Source of the DNA: Sphaerodactylus townsendi
Lineage: Eukaryota
Length of the DNA stretch: 64,000 nt
Assembly: GCF_021028975.2 (NCBI RefSeq)
Contig: NC_059429.1
Span: 139,314,001-139,378,000, forward strand
Direction of reading: 5' to 3'
A model generated the notes under the pieces. It did not search any database, was not told where the DNA came from, and saw only the letters and a list, made by a program, of their open reading frames with translations. Below, in pieces: positions 45,474-64,000 of this stretch. Position 1 is the first letter of the stretch; each line of letters starts with the position of its first letter. The translations under genes and the position numbers were made by a program.

Positions 45474-48400
45474 CTACCCCGCATGGAGGCGGATGACGTA
45501 GGACTCGCTGTGGGTCACGTACCGCACCCAGCGATACGGGAGGTTAGGCTGTGGCCCAGAGAAGCGCAGGAAGCGGATCTGCAGGCCAGAGCAGGTGTGG
45601 GCTGGCACCTCAAAAGACAGGTTGAGGGGTCCCAATTCCCGCAGCAACGCCTGGCTCAGCCCGGGCACCTCGAGCTGCAGAGAAGAGGACAAAGGTATCC
45701 CTGAAGCTCTCTTGGGAAAACAGGCAGCCGTTGCTGAGTCCACCCGCAGGGGGGTGGGGCTGCTGCCCCCTCTTCTCCCAGTATGCTCTTTACCTTAAAA
45801 AGAGCAGAGAGCTGGGAGCCGCCTTGTACTCTGGGGACCAGCCACTCAATAGACTTGGTGCTGGGCTGCAGGGCAGCCGTCTGCTCAGGACTGCTCAGCT
45901 CTTGCGCGAGGCTGCGGAGAAAACCCAGGTGGTGAGTGGACGGGGGGGGGGGGGGGGGTGCCGCCATACAGCTCTTTCTCTCCCCAGGGCCGCACAGCCC
46001 CTGCGTGCACCACCCGAAGGCAGTAGCCATTCCTGCCCCCTCTCCCCTGCAAGGGAGGCTTTTTTCACAAAGTCCTGGAAGAGGCAGCTGTGTTGGCCAC
46101 AGCTGGGAACTGTCTCTCTTCCCCCACCCCCACCCCCCTTACCTCAGGGAGGCCCTGGGGACAGGTAGGTGAAGGCAGACGTTCACAGCATGGCTGCAGG
46201 ACAGATAAACGACAAAGGCATCACAGAAGGCGGGGAGAGGATGTTTTAGAAAAGGGGTGGTTTCTGCTCCCCCTGCCATTCTAGGACCCCAGCGGAGGGC
46301 TCTTTACCTCTTAGGGGGCAAGTCACAGCGCAGCTTCAGGTACACCTGCAGCCTGCATGGGAGGGGGAAACATGTAAAGTGAGACCGTGTGGACAGCCCA
46401 TTCTGTGCCCATTCCCTGTGCCTTCCTGTGGCACCCTCACCTGCCGCTGGCGTCGTGGCTGATGGTGGGGAACAGGTGGAAAGGCAGAGCGGAAGGCACG
46501 TCGTCTGCCAACTGGTACTGCATCAGGGTCAGCTGAGAAAGAACGGCAGACCTCAGAAGTGGTGACCCTTCTCTGCCCCCCTCCCCCGGGGCAAAACTCT
46601 CCTGCTGTCCGGTGCCCTTACCTCCCCTTGGGCGGGGGTCACACGGAGGATGCGGCTGCGCTCAAATTCGTCCAGCTTCACAGAGCTATGGAAAGAGCAT
46701 TCATCCACGCGGACGGCCGTGCCGTAGCCTGCGGGAGAGGGGCGGGGGTGTCACAAAGGGGTCCTGCTGCCAAAAGGGCCACGCGGGGGGAGGCCAGCAG
46801 CGCTCACCTCGCAGCTCCGTCTTGCCCACGCAGAACTCCTCTGTGAGTCCGATCCGCATCTCTGCCAGGAGGACGAGGGGGCAGGTCAGAGGAGGGACCC
46901 TTCGGCTCTCACTACGCAGCCCTCGGCTCCATCCCCCTCCCCTCCCTGGCTAGTGGCCTCGTCTCTGTGAGCCCTGGCTCCAGGGCTACCCCAGCCGGGC
47001 ACTCCTCAGTGGGGGACGGAGAGTGGTGGCAGCACGCTTCCCAGCATCCACTTGTGCCTCCCGGCCTCCACTGCAGGGCTGGGATACACCCCAGCAGGTG
47101 CTTGCCTTGCGGAGCCTCCCTCCCCCTCCCCTCTATGGAGGTGGGTGGGGCCAGCAGCGGTGGACCTATGTGAGGAGGAGGAGTCTAGGGAGGGGCCCTG
47201 CGCTGACGTCCGCCTCTGAGTTGTCTACCCAGCTGAGGAGACCCCCGAGCACACCTGAGCTGCTGCCTCCACTCCTGTGTCAGGTCTCAGGGCAGGAGGG
47301 GGGAGGGAACATCCCCCAACACTTTGGTCTTTGCACAAGAGCTGGCAGGGCCAGCGGCAGCTGCGCCTCTCAGCCCGGCAGTGGCCTGTCTACTGCTCTG
47401 GCCAATCCCATCCGTGAGCCGGGCTCCCAGGTAAGAGCTGCCTGCTAGAGGCTCCATGCGGCCAACACCCAGGGACAGAGCTGGCCGCCATGAGCCCTCC
47501 AAGCCAGAAGCCTTCAGCGCATCTTGTGGCAGGGAGTCCCACAAGTACATTGGCTTCCGTTTCTGTTTCTCTAGTTGTGCAATTGTGTAGACCTCTGTGA
47601 TGTCACCCCCACCTTTGCCTGATCTAAGAAGCACTTCCTGGGACTGGTGTTCTGGTCCCAAAGCAGCCCTCAGCCTCGCAGGAGAGCACGCCGGGGGGGG
47701 GGGGGGGCTCTTCTGGTCCTGGTTCCCAGACAAACGCCGCCCACTGGACCTTTTGCTTACCGGAGAAGCCAGGAAAGAAGCTCTTCAGCCGGATTTCCCC
47801 CTGGACGTCCGTCTTCATGGGCGTGCCCTAGCAGAGGAGGGGAAATAAGCAGGAAGACCCCATCCCTCCGGGGGGGGGGGGGGGGGAAAGAGTCTACAGA
47901 TTTGCGAGCAAGCAGCACGAGGGGGGTGGAGAGGCTTCCCCCCCAGGAAATGCCTGAAGCATCAACTCACGTTTGCCGCAATAATGACGGAGAGACGCTC
48001 AACCACATCCAGGAAGACCTCTGGCCGCGCTCCCTGGAGGAAGAGGGGATGGCGGAGGGCCCCTCAGCACCGAGGCACTCTGCACACAGCTTGTCACAGG
48101 GGCCCAATCCTGCCAGCCCATCAGGCTGCGTGTGTGTGTGTGCCTTTCTCTTACCTGCTCTCCCCGCAGAGGCAGGACAGGACGGGCGGCGGCAGAGCTG
48201 GGGGCCACCTTGCTTTGTTGCGTGTCGGCTCCAAACTGAGATGACATGGAAAGGGAATCATGGGAACGTGGCAGGCAGGAATAACAACCGTCTCCCGGGA
48301 TGGGGGCTCTAGTGCATCGGGCCGAGGCAGGCCCAGAGGCACCGGAGCCCAGGAGAAGGGCCCAGGGGAGGGATTGAAGTTTCAGCACTGCATGAGTCGC

Positions 48401-49545
48401 ACCGCCTGCACCCCCTCTTGCTTCTGCAGCCCACGTTTTCGGACGGGGCCTAATCCTGACCCAGCACAGCCTCCGGGCGAGGGGCCAGCCTCTCCAGGCA
48501 GGTGGGCAGAAAGGGAGGGAGCAGCCCCCCTCCCTGCAAACAGTGTCCAGCTCACCAGGCCCACGCTGCTGAGGTCCAGGAGGCTGAAGGGCTGGCTGAC
48601 CACGGGCTCCATCTGGATGAAGTTCTTCAGCACGTCAGGCCTGGTCGTCTGAATGTAGCCAAAGTCCTAAGGGAGCAGGAAATCAGCCCCCCCCCCCCCA
48701 ACCAGGTGGGTGTCAGCCAGCCCACCTTCCCATGCTGGGACTAAGGCCTCCAGGGCCAGGGTGGGGGCTGCACCTGGGAGCCTTTGGCAGCAAAAACGGC
48801 ACCCCCAGTTGGACCCAAGGGTGGCTGGGAATCCCTGACCGGACGCTGTCGCCCCCCGCCCACCCCTCCCCAAGACCCTCCACCCACCAGCAGCTCGTCC
48901 AGCAGCTCGTAGATGAGGGCGAAGTTGAGGCTGACCGTCTGCTCGTGGAGGGCGCCGCAGTAGTCGCGCAGGAGGGAGGCCAGCCTGCGAAGGGGGGAGG
49001 GCACGGGGCCGGTCAGACCGCGGCTACCCCCCCCCGCCCGCCCCGCAGCCACGCCCCCCGCGGCTCACCTGTTGAGGAACTCGACGGCGCCGAAGGGCGA
49101 GGCGCCGGGCAGGAGGGTGGCCACCAGGTAGAGGCCGGCGTGGCGCACGTGGGCGAAGGGCCGCCCCTGCCCGTCCGGAGCCTCCTGCGGGGCGAGAGAG
49201 CAGAGGGGCAGTGGGGGGGGGGGCGCAAGGCGAAGCGAGGGAGTCCCCCTCCCCACGAGGGGGGAGGAGCGGGAGGAGGCAGCCCCGCCCCACCTACCAG
49301 GAAGACGGGCGCCCGGACGCCGGGCAGCGCCGTGATGCGGCGGAAGAAGGCGCCCGGCAGGTCTGCTCCGCCATCGCCGCGGACTGCGCTCCGGAGGGTC
49401 AAGGAGTCACCCGCGGGGCAGAGACCCCGCCCCCGCCCCGCCCCGCCCCCCCATATGACCCCCCCCCCCCCGCTCCGGGGCGGATACGGTCCTTGTAGAG
49501 CAGCCGGTCTCCCTGCGCCGAGAGGACGAAGAGCTGCGCGAACAT
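45474..49545 (-). CDS. AP4M1: AP-4 complex subunit mu-1, 15 exons, ~448 aa
   Basis: Exons (-): 49545-49488, 49383-49298, 49184-49069, 48984-48888, 48666-48556, 48235-48155, 48033-47971, 47827-47761, 46861-46808, 46728-46622, 46532-46441, 46352-46308, 46193-46143, 45911-45794, 45674-45474 (1347 nt). Motifs include [59 protein letters not shown] and [10 protein letters not shown]...[15 protein letters not shown]. Confidence 0.96.
49384..49487 (-). other. U12-type (minor spliceosome) candidate intron 1 of AP4M1
   Basis: Donor GTATCCGC. Branch site CTCCTTGAC (49406-49398) with the branch A 15 nt from the acceptor CAG. No polypyrimidine tract at the 3' end. Confidence 0.7.
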
Positions 49546-49704
49546 GAGCCCGCTCTGCGCATGCCCCGCTCCCCGGGGCGGGGCCCTTCGCGCGTCACGC
49601 GGCAGGGGGCGGGGCGGGGCCGCGTTTCGCGCCACTTTCCGAGGAACCGGCGGCGGGAAGGGAGAGCGCGGCCAGCGGAGGAGCCCGACTACGGCGGCGG
49701 CGGC
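49546..49704. promoter_or_regulatory. Bidirectional CpG-island promoter shared by AP4M1 and MCM7
   Basis: 159 bp between divergent ATGs. E2F TTTCGCGC at 49625-49632, NRF1-like TGCGCATGC at 49556-49564, several GGGGCGGGG boxes. Confidence 0.85.
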
Positions 49705-56634
<6,930 letters not shown>

Positions 56635-56715
56635 GCCCACCAGGGGAGGACCCCCCTGCTCTCTTCCGAGCTGGGCTCCGACCCCCACTTAAAAAAATTG
56701 GTTTTGTTTTCCTGC

Positions 56716-56721
56716 AATAAA
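56716..56721 (+). terminator. MCM7 polyadenylation signal
   Basis: AATAAA ~80 nt after the TAA. Confidence 0.75.
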
Positions 56722-56984
56722 GTTTCTCATAGTCTGTAGCGTGCTTGCCTCTCCTGGGGGGAAGCAGAGGAAAGGGGCAAAGGTCACCGTTGGCGTTACA
56801 GCCACCTAGGACGGGCGTCTCCTGGGCCTTTAGTCTTTGCTCACCTTCCGTCTCCTTTGCATGTTCTCCCTCCGTCGTCTGATGGGCACCAACACTCCCA
56901 ATTTCTAATACTTACTTGGAGGGCCCAGCCCACCAATCCAGGCTCCGGGTAAGGAGCTGGGTGCATAAGGTCCCCATAAGTTGT

Positions 56985-57273
56985 AATGCGTGATTGGGGT
57001 TTGGAATATGCTGCCACAGGAGGTGGTGATGGCCACTAAACTGAATAGCTTTAAAAGGGGCTTGGACAGATTTATGGAGAAGTCAATCTCTGGCTACCAA
57101 TCTTGATCCTCCTTGATCTGAGGTTGCAAATGCCTTAGCAGACCAGGTGCTTGGGAGCAGCAGCAGAAGGCCATTGCTTTCACATCCTGCATCCCGGGGG
57201 CACCTGGTGGGCCACTGCGAGTAGCAGAGTGCTGGACGAGATGGACTCTGGTCTGATTCAGCTGGCTCTTATG
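56985..57273 (+). mobile_element. CR1 3' end, same family as the 6036 and 36911 copies, in the MCM7-COPS6 spacer
   Basis: gtgattgg..tttggaatatgctgccacaggaggtgg...ggactctggtctga..tcttatg. Confidence 0.85.
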
Positions 57274-57344
57274 TAAGCAGCCCTGGTTTCTTATTCAGCT
57301 CCCCACTAAATTCACTTGCAACCTGATGCCAGGTTTCAGGGAAC

Positions 57345-57475
57345 CATCTAAAAGGCATCTGATTTTGAGTGACCGAGATAAGGGCACAGGTGCAGGTAAA
57401 ACATCAGGAGAAAATACTACTGGAAACCCAACAACACACCCTAGTGATTCCGGCCATGAAAGCTTTAGACAATAC
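57345..57475 (+). mobile_element. Degenerate Penelope-like terminal fragment
   Basis: cacaggtgcaggtaaaacatcaggagaaaat...gattccggccatgaaagctttagacaataca. Confidence 0.5.
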
Positions 57476-58082
57476 AGTACAGAGAGAAGGGTAGTTAGCC
57501 CTTTCCTGGAAGCAGCCAGATCAGATGCAAAGTGTAAGACAAGCACCCTTCAGGGAGGTCACAGGTGGCCACACGGAGGATCAAAATTTACCACTGGAAT
57601 CTACCATAAAGAAGAAAGGGGAGAGCAGTGGGTTTTCTTAGTGCTATTATAGAAGAGACCATAAGAGCTATTTCAGGTCTCCTGTGTGACTTAAAGATGG
57701 AAAACTTCTGATCTGGTTTCTGACTCTTCCGGTGCCACACGAGAGAAGCAGCAGCATGAAGTGGAAAGAGCCATGACCGAATTTAACAAAACGTCTTGAG
57801 CTCCAGAAGGGACATGAGTGGCCTCCCTCATGACAGGAACCCCCACGCTGGCCTTGCTGGCAACTTGAAGCCTTCCCCTCCCCCCCCAGGGGGGCAATTT
57901 AAAGTCTTTATAGAGAGTCCAACTGAGGTGCGATTATTGTGCCCAGGGAATAAGCCCCTGTGCCCAGAAACACATCACCCTCAAGCTCAGCTTCCTGTGA
58001 ACCTGTGGCAGGGACAGATCTCACTGCCTCCCTCTGTGGCAACAGCAAAGATGCAAGGCCAGGCGTGGGCACCACAATATCT

Positions 58083-58088
58083 TTTATT
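58083..58088 (-). terminator. COPS6 polyadenylation signal
   Basis: AATAAA 18 nt after the TGA, followed on the minus strand by a GT-rich stretch (TTGTGGTG). Confidence 0.6.
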
Positions 58089-58106
58089 CTGGGAGGCCGG
58101 CAAAGC

Positions 58107-60879
<2,773 letters not shown>

Positions 60880-60885
<6 letters not shown>

Positions 60886-61420
60886 CTTGGCCGGGTTTGT
60901 CCCCAAGCGGCCTCCATAGAAGCCGCCGCCGCGACTCCTGGAAGCACGCATGCGCCGCCGGGCCCCGGCGATTGGCTGCTACCTCGGCCGAAGCTGGGCG
61001 CTCCCCTTGGGGCGGCCCAGGCCGTGCTGCGGGGGCGGAGCCGGCCACAGGTGAGGTCGGAGCTCCTCCCCATCCGGGCCCCCGGGGGCGGAGAGCGGGC
61101 GGGGCTTGGGGGCGGGGTCTCCTCAGGGGTCCTGCTGATGACTGGCTGAGGCGGGGCGGCTGGTCTCGAAGCGGCTTCTCCGGCCCCCTCCCCTCCCCTC
61201 CCCCCCCGCCACACCTAGGAGGGAGGGAGGGAGGGAGGGCATTTGGGCGGGGGGAGCCCGCCCGCCCGCCCGCCTGGCAAGGTGGAGTCCGAGGATCCGG
61301 CCGGGGGGCTGCAGCAGTTCCGCGACCCGCCGCCCCCCTTGCCCCCTTCCCGAAGAGCCCCCCGCCCGCGCCCGCGCCCGCGCCCGCGCCATCCCCGTGG
61401 CTCCAGCCGCGCAGTGTCTC
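60880..61420 (-). promoter_or_regulatory. COPS6 CpG-island promoter
   Basis: YY1-type AAGATGGCGGC overlapping the ATG, NRF1-like GCGCATGCG near 60946-60954, CCAAT at ~60971-60975, GC boxes. Confidence 0.7.
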
Positions 61421-61691
61421 TTAGTGGGGACGGCGACCAAAGGCTTTGAGGATGCTTCTGAATGTCGCCTCGGACGGAGCCCAGCAGCTGGCGGCGGGCA
61501 GGCGGCGGGCTGGCTCCAGACCCGGGGAAATGGGCGCGGCTCGGTGGCGCTTTTGCACCAACCGGAATCTCCGAGCAGTGAGACCTTGACAGCGAGGAGG
61601 GGGAATGGGAGGCGGATCTCTGAAGAGCTCTCGAGCGAGCTGACATTTCGCCAGCACTGCCAGGCCCAGCAACTTCCTCGCTTGCCTTGCA

Positions 61692-62862
61692 GACAGCCTC
61701 ATGGTCCAGAAGGTGGACGAAGCAACAAGGAGATCTTCGGCTATTCTGGATCTGCTCCTCACCAACAATGATGACCTGGTGAATGGGGTGGGAGTGGGGG
61801 GGTCCTTAGGTGGGAGTGGCCACGTTCTTTCTCCTGGAGCTCGTTATGCAATGGAAAGGGGATGCCAAGTCGGACGCGTGTTCTAGACTTTAAGAAAGCA
61901 GATTCCAGTAAACTTAGGAGAGTACTCGGTGTGATCCCAGGGTTAAGAATACCTTGTGCATGGTTAAGAGAAGGGAGTACAAGATGAATGGGAGTTTCTT
62001 ATAAGTGAAACCTTGAATTTCAAGCAGTTTCAATGAGGAGAAAAAATGGGAGGTGTCTAAAGAAACCAGGACAGATGTCTAAAGAAGTCTCAAGTGAGCT
62101 AAGATACAAAAGGGACATGTACAAGAAATGGAAAAGAGGGGAAATTACTAAAGAGGAATTCAAACAAATGGCCAAGACAGTAGGGAGAAAGTCAGAAAAG
62201 CTAAAGCTCACAATGACCTCAGACTTGCGAGAAATGTTAAAAACAATAAAAAGAGATGTTAAAAACAATCAAAATGACTTTTTTGGTTATATCCATAGCA
62301 AAAGAAAGAAAAAGGATCCGATAGGGTCACTCCATGGAGAAGATGGTGAAATTCTGACAGAGAAAAGGCAAAACTGCTCAACACCTTCTTTGCCTCGCAT
62401 TTTCCCCAAAAGAAAAACAGTGCTCAGCTGGGGGGAAATGGATCAGAAGATACAGTAGGGAAAATTCAGCCCAGAATAAATAAAGAGCTAGTACAGGAAT
62501 ACCTGAATACTTTACATGAATTCAAATCTCTAGGGCCTAATGAATTACATCGCAGGGTATTAAAAAAACTGGCAGAAGTAATCTCTGAACCACTTGCTAC
62601 AAGCTTTGAGAACTCCTGAAGAACAGGAGAAGTCCCAGTGGACTGGAGGAGAGCTAATGTTGTCCCCAAGTTCAGAAAGGGGAACAAAAAAAAAAGGGGG
62701 GGGAACCCATACAACTACTGCTCAGTCAACCTGACATCAATACCAGGAAAGATTCTAGAGCAGATCATTAAGGAGACAGTCTGTGAGCACTTGGAAGGGA
62801 ATAATGTGATTGCTGAAAATCAACATGGGTTTCTCAAAAACAAGTCATGCCAGACTAATCTT
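61692..62862 (+). mobile_element. Decayed CR1 LINE (endonuclease C-terminus to RT N-terminus)
   Basis: SAILDLLLTN, WRRANVVPKFRKG, SVNLTSIPGKILEQII, NQHGFLKNKSCQTNL. Confidence 0.88.
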
Positions 62863-62879
62863 CAGAGACGGAGCTTCCA

Positions 62880-63894
62880 CAGGGACGTATGGGGTCAAAT
62901 GTCCCAGGTGGTCCCCATTCAGTCACGGGGGTGGGGCTGAAACTCCTGGGGAGTAGCTGAGAAGGGAGGGGAAAAAACTCCCTCAAATTTTGGCTCAACC
63001 CCCCAATAGCTGAATCCTTTCCCGGGGCCGGTGGCATCTCACGGGCGCCATCCTATCGCTGTTCGCCCCCCACTTCCACTGCTCCCGGCTCGCCTCCCAC
63101 TTCAGTGTGTGCGCCCGCCTGGGGGGGAAGGGCAAGCGGCGATGGGATGGCACCTGCAAGACGTCGCCAACCCAGCCCTGCTCACTTTCCCTTTCAGCAT
63201 GGCCGCCCCGGGGGGGGGGAGGAGGGAGGGAAGCACCGATAGGGTGGCGCTGCTGATGGGCCCAGCCGACACAAGAGCCACTGCCATTGCAGTGCTTTCT
63301 CTTTTTGGGCAGCCCACTCCACTGCCCCCCCCCCCGCCTGCCTCCAACTGATGCGTTGGAGGGCTACATCCCTGGCGGCAGCAGCCCCCTGCAGGGCCTC
63401 TGGATGAAAGTGGGTGCTGCCCCCGCTCCGCCATTCAGGATGGGCAACGTGGCCAGCGTTGTGGAAGCCTCTCCAGCCAAGGTGGGCAAATGCCAGCCTG
63501 CCGCTTCAGCCCCGCGGCCCCCCAAGCAGCCCATGCCCAGTGCTGGCGATCTGGAGGAGCGCCTCACCCACATCCTGGTAAATTCCAGCTGCCCTGAATG
63601 TGCTCAGCTGGGGCAAAAAGGGTGAATTCCCCCTTTCACCCCCCCCCCCCGCACACTTCTCACTCTTCTGCACCCGGTGGCTGGTGGAGTGCCAACTGAG
63701 CCAACAGCATCGGGGTGGTGTGAAGGCATGGGGGGGGCTCTTGGTGTGCTTGGGGGCGTCCCGCAGATGCCATCCCATCGCCACTTGCCCCTGCCCCCCT
63801 TGGGCGGGTGCACATATTGAAGGAGGAGACAAGCAGGGCCGGGGGGGGGGGGGCGGCTAGTGACGATGGGATGGCATCAAAACCGGAGTCACTG
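62880..63894. mobile_element. GC-rich non-autonomous DNA-transposon-like element with internal inverted repeats
   Basis: Starts CAGGGACGTA. ~63115-63172 is inverted at ~63748-63812 (GGCGATGGGATGGCA core). Confidence 0.45.
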
Positions 63895-64000
63895 ATGTGA
63901 AGAACCAGGTGGAGTTAAGCTACCAGAGCCTGAAAGAAATTCTTCTGGAAAAGGTGTCCACAAACCAGCTCCAGAGGTGTGTAGATCAGGGGTCCCCAAA

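Overview
GC-rich vertebrate genomic DNA. The repeat content (Squam3/MIR-like SINEs, CR1 with TTCTTATG tails, BovB, Penelope-like elements, DIRS) points to a squamate reptile, probably a gecko; the species is an inference. I rebuilt four complete intron-containing genes by hand from splice signals and reading frame: STAG3 (+, 433-43196, 31 coding exons, ~1192 aa), AP4M1 (-, 49545-45474, 15 exons, ~448 aa), MCM7 (+, 49705-56634, 15 exons, ~730 aa) and COPS6 (-, 60885-58107, 10 exons, ~325 aa). STAG3 introns are packed with transposons, including a decayed DIRS1-type element. Main points of interest: (1) several Penelope-like terminal repeats whose consensus rebuilds a minimal hammerhead ribozyme; (2) no recognisable miR-106b/93/25 cluster in MCM7 intron 13; (3) a U12-type first intron in AP4M1 with a deviant donor; (4) STAG3 lies tail-to-tail with AP4M1, unlike human, and their poly(A) signals cross; (5) an early STAG3 stop followed by candidate 3'UTR exons. 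There is a 165-nt N gap at 38121-38285. Most long ORFs in the supplied track are GC-composition artefacts.
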